A DNA stretch of 64,000 nt from the human T2T-CHM13v2.0 reference genome, Homo sapiens. The stretch's first letter is position 1; every line of letters starts with the position of its first letter. Where the stretch lies: the NCBI RefSeq assembly GCF_009914755.1, contig NC_060937.1; one strand, written 5' to 3'. The notes below the pieces were generated by a model. It did no database searches. It was not told the DNA's origin and saw only the letters and a program-made list of their open reading frames with translations. Positions 47,175 through 62,149 of this stretch are shown one piece after another. Both the position numbers and the translations under genes were made by a program.

Positions 47175-48000
47175 GACAAGACATAGGATAATAATACTGG
47201 TAATGAATAGAAATTAATAAACATTGGAATCAAACCTACAGATAACATAGACATTGGGGTTAGTAAATAAAAAATTTAAAATAATCATCATAATAATATA
47301 AATACAAAGGTATTAGTAAAAATGCTAGAAAAATAGATAAAATGATGAAGAAAAGTGACATCAATAAAATCAATCACTTCTACATGATACAAATGCTTAA
47401 GAAAATATTTTTAAGTAAGAACCCTTTGTATAGGATTAACAGTAGAATGAGGACTTCAAAATATTACTAGTTTACTTGAAAGCAGGTGATTACAAAATAT
47501 TTAAACTGGAAAAATAGAAAAAGAAAATATCTGTGACACATTCAGAACACAGTACGAGTCTAAAACATGAGTCAACGGAGTTCCAGAAAGAGAGGAGAAA
47601 GAACAAATAAAGCAGAAAAGAAAATATATTAAAAAATTATCAAAGGTAGCAACACATAAATTCAAGAAGCTAAGTGAACTCAAAGTGGGAGAAATACAAG
47701 GAAAAACATGATTGGAATCATACTGAAACCACTGAAAATGAAAAAGGAAAAGCAATTTTTCAAAGTATCTTGAGGGGAAAAAGACATGTCATCTTAAAGG
47801 ATCATCAGTAAGATCTGTATCTAAAACAAAAGCAATGATTTGGAAAACATGAAATCGGTCAAATAATTTCAAATGCATGCTAATCCAAATATTTAAAAAC
47901 TATTCTCAATATACATATTCATGGCAAATTAATGTGAAATAATATAATTGCAGACAAAAGAAAACATAGTCTGTCATCAATAGTTCTGCATTACCAGATG
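47175..48000 (+). mobile_element. Ancient L1M ORF1 relic
   Basis: ggattaacagtagaatg and ggagttccagaaagagaggag (GVPE motif of ORF1p). Confidence 0.6.
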
Positions 48001-48004
48001 TGCT

Positions 48005-48160
48005 TAGATTGAAACCTACCTTCACTTAACTAGCTAAGTAAATTTTTATAAGTTAATTCATCTCTCTGTCTCAGTTTTATTACCTATAAATATGAGATGT
48101 AAATATTGTCTAATTTATAGGGGTATTTAGAGGATTAACTGACTTAAAACATTAAGATTC
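48005..48160 (+). mobile_element. MIR fragment
   Basis: aagttaattcatctctctgtctcagttttattacctataaatatgag MIR core. Confidence 0.7.
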
Positions 48161-48289
48161 TTAAATCTATTTTAGGATATAAAATCTTTCTAACATGCTA
48201 TTTTTCTCAGTATTAAATGTTACAAGCAAAATTACGATTTATGGGTGCAGAGTATCCCATTATTAAATTAATATGCTTTTGTCACTTAG

Positions 48290-48510
48290 ACAATATTATA
48301 AGAATACTAAGAGCTAGGTATTGGAATCAATTTAAATCATTTTTCTTGATATAAATCTTCACTTTTCTGCTTTTAGCCTTTATTATGCTGGGCAAGTTAT
48401 GTTACCTCTTTGTGCCTCTATTTCAGCACCTGTTAAATGCAAATGCCATTTGTAGCTAAAGTATACGGTTGTTGTGAGTTTTAAGCCAGTTAATGTATGT
48501 TTAGACATCA
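48290..48510 (+). mobile_element. MIR fragment
   Basis: tgggcaagttatgttacctctttgtgcctctatttc...ctgttaaatg. Confidence 0.7.
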
Positions 48511-49271
48511 TCAATTTATAGTAGTAGTTTTTAGTATATGTCATTTATACTCAACACTATAAACAGTCTTGCAATAGCAACTACCACATGTATTGCTATG
48601 ATCAATTTCCTCAGATAAAATCCTATATTTGGAACTCTGAAGTAAAAAGCTATTAACATCTTAAAGTAATATGCTTCCTCAAATTGCCCTTCAATCAACT
48701 CTAGAAATTTAAACACTCACCAGAAATGTAGCAAGTAGCGCATTTATACACATCCTTGATAACAATGAATCCTCTGATTAATTATTATATTCATACCATT
48801 TGTTCTGTATTTTACAGCTGAATAAAATAGTTCCTCACATTTTTCTTTACATTTTTCTGTTATTATAACATGATAAATCACTATCATAATACAATGTAAT
48901 AAATTAACATATTAGGTGGTATTCTAACAGAATTCAATTTCTAAAAGCCATTTGGACTACTAATTAAACACCACAAAACAGACAATTTTTTATCTGCTTA
49001 TGATTGTCCACATAATATTTATTATAATTATGTCTATTTGATTGGTAAGCAACAATGATATGAATGGATAATTTTCACAGGAAAATGATGACATTCACTC
49101 CCTTTAAACTTTTGACTTTTTAAAATTACTAAACCTAATTAAAACTATTTTTCTTCTGATATAAAAGGATGACATACAGTTGTGATTTTATTTCCATTAT
49201 CTTCTTTGAACTAAAAACAAAATGAAGTAAATGTGCTGAGGCTAATTAAAAGTAGAATGGACACTTTGAAC

Positions 49272-49640
49272 TCATAGATTGTTAGTTTCAGATGTCCTTA
49301 GAGATGACTTTAATATGATTTCTCTTCTAATGCTGAAACCCCTTTACAATGTCCCTGATTGTTATGTATTGCACATCAGAAGGGAAATGACTAGTCGTTA
49401 GAAAATACTTTCTAATATTGACCCAAGATTTCTCTTTTAGCCACTTTCACTTGCCTGCTTTCAATTCTTCCCTAAGATGTCTTAAGGCATCTTTAGTATA
49501 TCAGTTTTATAATATTAGAAGAGAGTTTAAAAACCAATAATTTCCTACTTTTTAATAAACCAACTTTATTTTTGGTATTTTAATGCTTTCCGATTTCTAC
49601 TTATCCTGGCTACTCTCACTGAGGAGCTCAATTTCTCAAC
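49272..49640 (-). mobile_element. L3/CR1 LINE 3' relic
   Basis: tcatagattgttagtttcagatgtccttagagatgac and gttagaaaatactttctaatattgac resemble the antisense CR1/L3 end. Confidence 0.55.
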
Positions 49641-51955
49641 ATCTTTTTGTACCTAGAAGAAAAACTTTTACATAATTTTATTCAAATTTTCTTAAAAGCC
49701 TTACTGAGTATTTAAAATTTTTAAATGACATTTAATTATCTGGGCATTTATTCAATCCACCATGGAATAGTAGTTTAAATACATGGATCTCTCCCCATAA
49801 ATTCCAGCAACTAAAAGAAACACAGAGGATAACTGAGAAGCATATATATATATATAAATATATAAAATATATATTATATATTATATATAACAAATCAAAA
49901 TTATTTAATATGCAGCTGTGTATTATTTTATCCTCTACAAAATGTTATTTGAAAAAGTTAAATATGTATGACAATATCCTAGTCTTGACCCTAACCAAAC
50001 TGAAAATCCTATTAGAAAAAAATTCCACTAGCTCAGTGTACTAAAGATTTAAAAAATGAAAGTCTCTGGAAATATAAATTGAAAGTGATTGCATTGTTTT
50101 ATTCACAATAACTAAACTTAACTTGGAAACAAATAAAAATTAAGAAGAAATATAAAATCTTTTATAATTATGGTTTAATTAAGTAGAATACAAAAATCGG
50201 AAAGAGTAGCAATATTCAACCTTTAGGTACTTTATAGTCAGTGTCTAACTCATATATACATACTTTTTAAAAACGAGGTATCTATCATGAAGTATAATAA
50301 AAACTCATCCCAGAGAAACAAAGGATAGGCTTTAAAAAGGCAATTCTTTCTGCTGCTGCAGCTAAAGCTAAAATTGCCCTGCAGGAAATTTTGATTCTCT
50401 GGCACATTTAAGTATTTCTCATTTACAAAAGTGAAGTAAGGCAAAAGAACCTGAGGAAAAGCCTCTTTGTTGCATTTTTGTTCACAGCAGTTCCCACAAA
50501 AGATCAAATTTTAATGGAAGAAGATTTAATAGATGTTTAGATGATGAGGCAAAAAAATACAACTGCTCCTGCAACTAGTTCTTTTGAAAATGGAGAATCT
50601 AAATAATTACTCTTGAGAAATCAGCTTACATGTCTATATCATAGCTTTCCAATTATATATGAATGAATAAAATTGCTGGAGGACATATTTTTTCCCCTCC
50701 TTCTCAAAATTGGGTGATAATCTGTTAAAGTCATTGCTAAATGTACCTTCAGATTTGTGGTGTTCTGCTTCTCAACAACCTACTTTAGCTCTTATAAATG
50801 CAAGAACGTACCCCACATTAATCCTTTCTGCTTAGCCTCTCAGCAGGATAAATTTAAAGCCATCTCAATGGCCCCAAGCAATATTTTTAAAAAGAAGTAA
50901 AGAAAAATCCTAATAGGTCATCCCGATCATTCTGATGTCAGAAAAGTAACAATGCTAAATACAACCTTCACTGTTTTATTTCAGACTCATTTTCAAATTC
51001 CAAAGTAATAGAGTTTTAATAACAGGAAGATACATTAATGAGGAAAAATGTATACAGTTACGCAAAAGTAGCTCAGTGTGAATTTGCTTGTTATGATACT
51101 AAATTTGAGTTACTCATCATACCATCTATACTAAAAGCATGGGTTTGTTCTTAAAATTGATGCATTTGATAAGATGAAATATTCAGATTTATTGTAAATA
51201 ACAACAGTTATTTAAAATTATGTAAAAGAAATTAACTATACCACAAATAATATAAGAAAATAATTAGTTGAAATTATGTTAATTTTGTCAAAATAAAATG
51301 GAAATGTACTTTCAAATATAATTTTGTTAGCAGACCCATAAAATCTATTTTTATTACAATGGACACATACATTAATGTATAAATTATAGGGAAACTTGTA
51401 TAACCTATATATATATTCTTTACAAATACATGGCATAGATAAACTTAGCTCTTTCTAGATAAAACCTAAAGATATAATAGAGGACTTTACTGTAAATGTA
51501 TGCTTATAGAGCTTCAAAATTACTAGAAAATTTGAAGTACCAGGTTTTACATATTCTGTTAGAAATTTATTTTTTAAACCATTAGTTCTGGTTCTTTGTG
51601 TGGTGTTTGCATGGATATGAGGCTGAGATAATGTATATATTACGAAAAAGAAACAATGCCTGTTCTTTCATACATATAGTCATGGGAAATACGTGATATG
51701 ATGATTGGAGTTTTTTTGGGGGAGATGCCAACATTTTTTTCCGTTCAAAAGACATAAAGTTTACAGCTGTAAAAGACAGAAGTACACTGTTGTATTTTTT
51801 TTAACTTAACATTCTATTTAAATCAAGGGTTATTTTAAACTGATGACAGATTTTCTTAATAACTCATAGAAGAGACCTATAGGTGTTTCCATGAATGAGA
51901 TAGCATTTTTAAATGTTAAGAATTTTAAAAAATCAATGATGAAGAAAAAGTCTTG

Positions 51956-52031
51956 ATAGTAGAATGTGGATGGAATAGTAGAATGTGCATGGAATAGTAG
52001 AATGTGGATGGGATAGTAGAATGTGGAAGGT
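51956..52031. repeat. 19-bp tandem repeat x4 (ATAGTAGAATGTGGATGGA)
   Basis: Four head-to-tail units with 0-2 mismatches each. Confidence 0.95.
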
Positions 52032-52299
52032 ATCCAAGTTCAAGTGTTAGATATGTTATTATGACCACGCCTTTGAAATTAATTAATCATAATCATTTAC
52101 TAGCTCTGTGAAATTGCACAGTCCGTATGATAAGAAGCAAAAAATTATCAAACTAAATAATCTATATTATCAATTGGAGATGGTGAAAGGGTGAGCATTA
52201 GCAATGTTTTATCAAAATGATTTTATCATCTAATTTTTTCTTCAATGCAACATATAAAATGCATACATATTCTGATCACAATACAAGAATGTTTGTGTC

Positions 52300-52763
52300 C
52301 TGGTTCCCAGTAAGATGAAGTAAGCATATTTTACCTAATTTCTCCCACAGAACACAGAACACAAACATTGAACCTGCTGAGCCTGTATGAAGCTACTATC
52401 CCAGGACTGTGAAAAGTAGACTAGTTGAGGAAGAATTCAAGTCGACACTGAACTAGTGGTAAGTTACCAACAATTTGTCCCTGTTTTCAGGGCCAGGACA
52501 CTACGCAGACATATTTGTGGTTTACACAAAAGTGAGAATTCATGTTCAAAGGAAGAGAACACCACGAAAAGCTTTTGTCTGATTCAAGGAGCTGAAAAGT
52601 GAACTCAGGATCACAGAGTGGAGGGATTCACGGAGATTACAACAACGTATTACAAGAGTTGGAACTCTTATAGGCGAATATTCCTTTCTTAGTGGTAAGG
52701 CAGTGGTCCCAAGAGGCTGGAACAAACCACTATTGCTCTTAGACCTCTCTCTCTCTTTCTCTA

Positions 52764-52798
<35 letters not shown>

Positions 52799-54350
52799 TT
52801 CTCTCTCTCTCCCCTTCTAAAACTTAAAGATTGAGATAGGTATAGTCATCGAAGTGTGCCAGAGATTCTGGTAAGTAAAGCCAAACTTTCTAGATAAAGA
52901 AGCAGAAAGAAGAGCCCCAGAGAACCAGAAAGCTCTAGGAAGATTACAAGGCATCAGTGGGTGGGAAAGTGACCCTCTAAAGTTTTCCATGAACTCCTAG
53001 GCTCACTCTTGAGCAGAAGCAAAACAAAATGAAACAGAAAACCTCAAAAAATAAATGAAACATATAAAGGAGAATTAAGTGGAAATGTTAACGGACACAA
53101 CATAAAACAGACTTACTGAAAAATGCACTAGATGAGCTTAACAGCAGGATGAAAATGACAGAAGAGACATTGAACGTCAAGTTAAATCGACAGACATTAT
53201 CCAATCTGAACAACAGAGATGGAGAAGGTGCAAAAAAGAAGAAGCAATCCTCAGGGACCTGTAAGAAATTAACACCATGATAAATATTTATGTAATAGGA
53301 GTTCCAGAAGGAAAGGAGAAAGAAGGTGGTGCTGAAAATATTTACAAGATTAATGGCTGAAAGTTTCCTAGATTTGGCAAAAAACTTAAATCTATAAATT
53401 CAAGAAAGTCAGAGAATCTTAAATAACATTAATTCAAATAATGCCATGATTAACTACATAATAACAAAACTGTGCCAGACTAAGAAAAAGAAAAAATTCT
53501 GAATGTAGCCAGAGCAAAATGACACATAACCTGCAAGGGAGCAAAAATTTGTAGGACATCAGAGTCCTAATAAAAATATTAATAATAAAGAAAAAGGGAC
53601 ATACTATTTTTAAAGTGGTGAAAGAAAATTCTAGTTCTATTGGATATATAATTTAGAAATGAATATGAAATAAAGACATTTTCAGACGAAGAAAATGTGA
53701 GAAAACTTATTATCTGCAAATCTGCTATAAAAGGATTGCTATTAAAATAAATTATTCAGACTGAATGGAAATAATGCCAGTGAGAGACTTGGAGCCTTTG
53801 CAGTGAAGTAAGAACAACTAACATGGGCAGATATGCTAATTTACCTTTTGAGTTTTTATAACACACTTGATGATTGAAAGCAAAAATTATAGCACTGCCT
53901 AACTTGATTTTCACTGGATGTAGATGAAATATATTATAAAACTAATTAGATATACAGGGACTGATATGGTAAATGTTGGTTGCACACAGAGTGTGAAATT
54001 TGAGTACATATGTTGCAATCTCCAAAGCAACTACTAAAAGAAACTGGTATTGAGATAAAATCAAAATTATATATCTTAAAATGCATTACTAAAAAATGTT
54101 CAAATGACCCAAAGGAAACACAATGTAAATCAGAGGGAACAAAGGAAAACAAATAAGGAAATTATAGAAGTAATTCCAAATGTTTCAATGATTGGAATAA
54201 TGTAAATGATATAAATGTAAATGACCTAAATACACCAATAAAAAGATAGAAATTGCCAAAAGGGATAAACAATTATTCAACTATATGCTGTCTTAATAAT
54301 TGATTTCAAACAATTATATATTTTTAAAGTAAAAAAGATAATTAGTGTTT
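52300..54350 (+). mobile_element. L1M (L1MC/L1MD-like) 5' UTR, ORF1 and ORF2 start relic
   Basis: ORF1 IGVPEGKEKE motif at ~53295. ORF2-start aatgtaaatgacctaaatacaccaat at ~54214. Confidence 0.75.
52745..52811. repeat. (CT)n microsatellite
   Basis: Directly visible polypyrimidine dinucleotide tract. Confidence 0.95.
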
Positions 54351-54721
54351 GTATGTTAAGCAAACACTGTATATTAATACAGTATCTCTCATTGCCTAAA
54401 AAAGGCAGAGAATGAGCCAGTCCTTACCTGACTTCAAAATCACTTTACCTTCATTGCAGATAGCATGTGCTTATCAAATTCATTTTATCAAATTACTTAA
54501 GAATATCAACAAAGGTATTGTTCACTATGTCCTCCTCAGCAGAGAAGAATTGCTGTAAGTCAGGGAAAGTCTGATGTTTCTATGTGAAAACTTCAACCAA
54601 TTCTATCTTTAATATGACCAGTAAAATAGGCAGCTCTACCTTTTAGAAAATGTTCATTTGCTATTAGATCCAGAAGCTTCTTAAAAGAATCATAAGAGGA
54701 CATTAATAAAGTCAATGTTAA

Positions 54722-55334
<613 letters not shown>

Positions 55335-57449
55335 GCTATGCACTATTTTAAGCTGAGCTTTTCTCCTTTTCCTAGATCAACTGCATTATCCGTCGTAACT
55401 CTTAGTCATTTTAGTAAAATGCATAGTACATTTAAGAATTCAAAAAATATGTATTGAGTTATTTTTGAGTTAGATATTGAAGATAAGTAGAAAACAAAAC
55501 AGATAAACCCCCTTCCCTTATGAGGTGTTTATCTACTGAAATAACTGTTGGTATATCTCAAAGAAAATGATGTCAACACTAGCAAAATCACTGAAGTATT
55601 AATTTTGCCATTTCCTACCCAATATCAAGTAATACCTATTTTTAAATTATAAGTTACTGTCGAAAAAATTATTAAAAATTTTTATGAAAGTCAACATTTC
55701 TAAATGTAATCATCTTCTGTTTTTTTTTTCTTTAATAGAAGCTCTGTAGGAAATCCCAAGTCAAAGTATCATTGGCCAAATATTACTTATTGGAAAACTC
55801 ACATAACTCTAGCAAAAGCAAGAGGATAGATTATCCTCAGCATCAAATTCTAGGTGCTTCACCGTGAAATCTCTTTCACTTCATCTTTTGTCAGTATTTC
55901 CCATTCCTTATTGGCTTCTTTCTCCCAAGCAAGTTTCCAACACATGCCAGGAAACAATGCCAGTGGTAAAAACTGAGCATGCTTCTACCCAGAGAAACAT
56001 GGAGCCCCACTATTAGTTTTGGAAAATTGTTTAGTGTAACTTTGGTGAAATCAAAATCCCTAGATCAATCAATAGATCAGTCAAGGTGATAAGAATTTAA
56101 AAAGTGGTAATTATTACATAATTCGTAATTGCACATGCAAAATCAATGTGTCTTTGAAGGAAAGCTGCTGGGCAAGGAAAGCAATACGTGTCTCCAGTAT
56201 TTGTCTGAACCCCAGGTTAGTTACGCTTTCCATCCATATAGCTTCATTTTGGACTTTATTCTTTGTAATAGCTGACCCTTTATAAGAATACCTAAAGTCA
56301 GTTTATAAAATTTATCTAAACTGTACTTCTCAAGCACCTCACATTTGCCTAATTCCAAAGGACAGAGGGATATCAAACCTCTAGCTCTGCACTCTTATAT
56401 TTCAAGTCGATGAAGAAAATGATTGCTTCAAAGAATATCATTCTCTAATATTTATTATTCTATTTTAGAAAACAAAATCATCTTAGTTTCATACTAAATC
56501 TAATCTGTCCATGCAAGCTGACTAGAGCTTATGAAAAAAATTGAAAATCAGATAACAGAAATCATCCACCAGGAAATTAATTATGATCCTTTCCTATGCC
56601 TGTATTTTCTGCAATGACTTCTTTAATGGCAACTTCTCCCCGTTAATTGACCTTCTGAATATTTGAAATCATTTAATTTCCATTTCCTTCTCTAACAATT
56701 TCATGCAGGAATTACAATGCAGAGATGAGCTCTTCCAGGGACAGAATAAATTTTCTATTTTGACCAGGGCACTCCAAATTTAGGACAGGTCACCGTTAAC
56801 ATCCCAGCTTTTATCTGATTCCCATTTCATGCTATTCTGTCTGCATTGCTTGAGTCTCTGGAGAAGCTTAAGAAATTTTTGGAATGCATTCTACCGGGTG
56901 TCTTTCTTCATTCTCCTTCTTTCTTTTTCCTCCTGAATTATTTAGTCCATAAATTGAGGCTTTTGAAAAGGCTCCCCTCTTGTTCGAACATTTCTACCAG
57001 CTGGAGAATCATCATCAACAGATTTCTGAACTGAAGCTGCTTCCTTGATGTGTCCAATTTTTGTAACCTTATGCACCCAGTAAGAAACTACATGTACTTA
57101 GCCAGGTGGTCCTCCCCAAAGCATCGCCTTCCTTCAGCATTTCAGCTTCCAAGGACTTAAATAACTTGCACTACATCAGTGACTGCAAAAACATTCCAAA
57201 TTTGCTACCTCCTTCACTATAGCAAGAACATATCCTTTTAATCTTTCTTTAATGTTTAATTTTCCTCTGTTGTTCCTCTAATCCTTTGAAGTAGACACAG
57301 CTGTTAAAGATATTTTTAACTTAATTCTCAATTTATCCTTAGTCTACCTCTGCCACGTTTTGCTGGATCAGAGTATCTTCCTCTCTATTTGCTACAGGCC
57401 AATACATTGATTTTTCTAACAAAGTATTGCTTTGTGGAGTTGAGAGATG

Positions 57450-58982
57450 GGAGTTGGCAATTTCAGAGATTTTGACTGCATATTCCCATTAAGTTAGCTC
57501 TCACTGCACATGCAGGGATGCAATGTAGAAATTATTCCAATTATCATGTCTATAAATCCTACTTATAGACGATAGGTAGGGGGAATATTATCAGTGGATC
57601 TGTAACCCACTGTAAAGCATGGTGTCATTTATTACTTGTTCCTCATAAACCCCCACTCTCACAGGAAGCTCATGGTGATACATGGGTGTCTGGGTATTCA
57701 TGTCATATCAGAACTTTGTGTTCAACAGTTTTCAAAATTTCTACTCATTCTCCTTTCCTCATCGTACAGTCAACTGACTAAATGGCCATAGGTTCTTTTG
57801 GAGAAGAACTGGGGGAATAAGTGTGGATAAGCTTACCATGCAGTTGCAGAATACTTCCTACTAAGCATTCAGACTCCTCTTCAGTCAATGGATTTCACAA
57901 GTGAAAACTAATTAAGGTCTGGGAACTGAGAATGTGGCATTTTGGTTGAGGTAACCACTCTCACACCTACATGTGCATCATTGTTGAAGATCCCAAGGGA
58001 TACCATTATCTATTAACCATCGACACAATTCCCAGCTGGCAGTCTCCTTGCCTGCCCTTCCAAATTTGTTATGTATTACAGTAATTGCAGCCTTCTGGCT
58101 CCTGGTAATTAAGTACTGTCAACTGGCCTCTATTAGTGTGGGGTCACATGGATGTTGATGAACTCAGCACTGTAATCACTACTCCTAATGTTTTACCTAG
58201 CCGGCAATGAAGAGACATTGCTTGGCTTCCTGTAGCAATGCTGGCATTGCTACACCAACACATTCCTAAAATGCAATTCTCTGGCAGCGAGGTGAGGAAA
58301 ATAGCCAGAAGATTGTGTTCCACTGGGAAGACAAAAAGAACACACCACTTCCCAAGGATATGAGGAATGCCAGCATGCACATTTCCATCAGCCTCTGTCT
58401 TCTTTGGTCTACTGGGAGACAGGACATAATTACACACTTCATGTAAATATAAAAATAATTACCTATTTCTGTCAGCTCACATCCTTAATCAAGCAGCCTC
58501 GATATTCAGTATCTGTGATACTCCCATGGTTGACTGTAATATGTCAGTCATGAGTATTTAAATACTCACTAATTCTGTACCTCTAAATACTTGATACTTT
58601 ATTTTCTGCTCAGCTATGTTTATCTTACAACTACAGGAGATAAAGTACTACTCATAAGCTGCAACATAGGCACTTTGACTCTCAAAATTTATCTGATATT
58701 AATCACCTTAAGTCTCTCATCCCTCTGCAGAATGTCAGAAATAACCAGCCATCAATGCTATGGTCCATAATTTTCTAGTACCTGGAGCATTGCCCCTGCA
58801 AGCGTAACTCTCGCATGTGTAACATTTCCCAGGGCACCTCAGTGAAGTATTTAGTAAACCTCCACTGCCACACTATATATGCCATACATACAACTCTGGA
58901 TATCATCATGTCGGCTAACCATGTGATGAGTAAGCGATTTCAGAATGCAGCCTCTTTGCTTCAGATCACTGCTGGAACCACA
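57450..58982 (-). mobile_element. ERVL internal region (leader, gag, protease relic) with degenerate tRNA-Leu PBS
   Basis: Minus strand tggttccagcagtg (58980-58967) versus tRNA-Leu PBS TGGTACCAGGAGTG. ctcagttcccagacctt...ccattgactgaagagg near 57900 resembles the HERVL gag/pro junction. Confidence 0.6.
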
Positions 58983-59326
58983 TGCTTTAGTTTGAGTCCT
59001 CCAAGAAGCAAAGAAAATAGCATTAAACGTGCAAGAGATTTATTAGGCAAGAGAGAATGGGTGGGAGCCTAAAAAGTTCAGGAAAGTCATCACACCATGA
59101 GGCAGGGCTGACTCAGTGAGAAACGTCGGATAGAAAAAAAAGAAATCTTATCGACAGTGGTACAGTACCAACAAAGATATAGCAAGAACAGTGATAAGTT
59201 TTCAAGCCTAAGTCATCTGTTGTAAACTAAACTGAAAACTAAATAAAATCCTAAGTCCCCCAACCAACTGAATGGATCCACTCTTGGCCAAGGGGACCCT
59301 AAAGAAACCTTAAAACTTGAGTTCCG

Positions 59327-59636
<310 letters not shown>

Positions 59637-60164
59637 GTTCCCAGCCAGGATGGGATGGGAAGCCTGACACATCTTGTTACAGCCCCTACCTTTTTTGTTT
59701 AGATGCAACAACTGACCAGCATTAATGTTACAATAGAGGTCATAAGACTAACGGAACAAACCATCTGCGGCAATAAGATATCAAATTATAAACAGGACCT
59801 GAGGTCATGCCAAGCAAGGGTTAAGCCATACACCCCGTACGCTTAAAGAACAAACTATGCTCTAATTACCACAAGGCTTTTCTTTTTCTCTGGCAGCTAA
59901 ACAAGCACTAGCCTTGAGATAAAACAAAATTCAAACAACTGAAGCTCATTACCAGTCACTGACTATCTGACCCTTTGTTCCACAAACCATAACTACAGCT
60001 TGGATTGGACAAGAGACTGATTTCTATAACTCTCCTTAGAAGAGGCCACTAACCATGAACTGTTTCTGGCCAGTTTCACAGGGCTGCACATTACCGTGCC
60101 TTCCTGTCCCTGCTTCACCTTTTGACATGTAGGATCTAATTGCGATGCCTTCAAATGTTTTCAT

Positions 60165-60463
60165 GGCCGGGCGCCGTGGCTCACGCCTGTAATCCCAGCA
60201 CTTTTGGGAGGCCGAGCTGGGCGGGATTGCTTGAGCTCAGGAATTCGAGATCAGCCTGGGCAACACTGTGAATCCCCGTCTCTACTAAAAATACAGAAAT
60301 TACCCGGGAGTGGTGGCACGCGCCTGTGGTCTCAGCTAGCTACTCGGGAGGGTGAGGCAGGAGAATGGCTTGAACCTGGGAGGCGGAGCTTGCAGTGGGC
60401 CGAGATCAAGCCACTACCCTCCAGCCTGGGTGACAGTGAGACTCCGTCTTAAAAAAAAAAAAA
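60165..60463 (+). mobile_element. Alu with atypical left arm
   Basis: Left arm ggattgcttgagctcagg...cctgggcaac; right arm gaatggcttgaacc...gcggagcttgcagtg. Confidence 0.93.
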
Positions 60464-61009
60464 TTTCATATGTTACATACGACTCAGTGAACATGAGTTA
60501 TATGTAACATGCATGGTTATTTGGTATGCATGTGTTAGAACCACTTTTATAAATAATCAGAAATCCCCCTTAACCTACTGAATATGTATACGTGGCCAAC
60601 CCATTCAGCATAAATCCCTGTTTCACTCTCCTCTCCCTTGAAGTGCCTGCTAATCTCCTCTGCTGGAGGCTAATATTCCCAGCCTGTCGGAAGGGCAATC
60701 TTGAAGATTGTGATGCTTTACAAGAAATAAATAGAAAAGAAATAATTCTCCTTTCCAACTTTATGAAGACCTCTGGATTTTTCAGCTGATAACGTGTGTT
60801 ATATCTCCCAGGAATGAGATAGCTTCACTAACCCTAACAGGGACACTCAGTCCTTGCTGAGAGGATCCTATTGAAAGTATGACCGTGCTGAGTGTGCTGT
60901 AATGGACTTCGGGGCACAGCAACTGTGTCCAATGCTCAATTATGTTTCCTGCAGTCAGATATCTGATAGGCACATTTTCACGACAATGATTCCTATTTCC
61001 TGACGAGGT

Positions 61010-61150
61010 TTCATTAGCATGCAACCTCTGCAGTTTCATAAGGTCCCAAGCTGAAGAGACTTTACACTTCATTTAATGCTTCTTAAATTTCTTAATGATT
61101 TTAAAAGAAGGAGCCCCACCTTAGGCTCTAGAAATTATATAATTAGTCTT
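61010..61150. mobile_element. MER91-like hAT MITE
   Basis: tttaatgcttcttaaatttcttaatgattttaaaagaaggagcccc...aaattatataattagtct. Confidence 0.6.
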
Positions 61151-62149
61151 ATGTGTTATTGTAACTATAATTAACATTCTAAGAAAACTTGGTCATTTTC
61201 ACCTAGAGTAGTGTATTTTTGAATAAGAAGTAATTTTCACTTATCAGTCTAACATGTATCTCAACTGATATTTGGTCTATTATGACTTGCAATTACTCTG
61301 TTATTGTTTCTCATACGCTCCAACTCTAAAATCCTCCTAGATTTGTTTTCTCATATAAAATATAGTTTTTGTTATCACCCATGCAAATGTTACTTACATT
61401 CCAACAGTCTCATGATTCTATAGTGAATTTTACCTTCATTCAAACATCAAATTTGTGTAAAGCACATAATTAGTCCAGCTTTTTAGAATATTATACTCAA
61501 TAGAATTTACTTTTGACTCCCTTTTGTGTATTTTAGGGAATACCTTTCCAAAATTTGCCATTACCTTCGATTATCTGGGCATTTCATTCAAGTTTGATTT
61601 CTGAGTTTATTCCTTTTGTATTTTGATATATGTTTGGCACAGACCTCAAGATATAACAAAATATAATTTATAATCACCTAGATTATGGCTTAAAAGTAAC
61701 TAACTGTATTAGTTTTTTCTTTTGTATAAAGTTCTAACATTGCCTGGTCATCATAAAATAGTGCCTTTTTCAGAACAATGATTATTTTTTTTCTTCAAGT
61801 TGGTTTCGCATTGCTTTTCTTCAGACCATTTCTAATATAATTTTATTACAATGTAAGTTTTCCTTTTCATGTTTAATGTTTAGTATTCCCTTTGAAAAGC
61901 TTGATTAATGTTTTTCTATTTCAAATTCTTGTTCTTAAGTCTTTTCATCTTGTCATTGTGTTTTTTATTCAGTTCATAAAGCCAAAATTTTTAAAATTCT
62001 TTCTCCTTGTATTTTACAAGAATATTATTAAAGCTGGTCCCTCATTCTAACTTCCAAATATAATAATTTATCTTGATAATAAAGGCCTCCTTTTTATACA
62101 CATTGGCTAAAAGGCTGCCTTGTAAGCTTTTACCGAATCCAGAGTTTGA

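Noticed and set aside
51956-52031. Regularly spaced repeats as a CRISPR-like array (also 43959-44100)
   Set aside because: The units are head-to-tail with no unique spacers, there are no cas genes, and the DNA is human.
56840-57240. Possible RT-like or exon-like sequence next to the ERVL protease relic
   Set aside because: Manual translation gave no convincing motif in the frames tried, so it is left unassigned.
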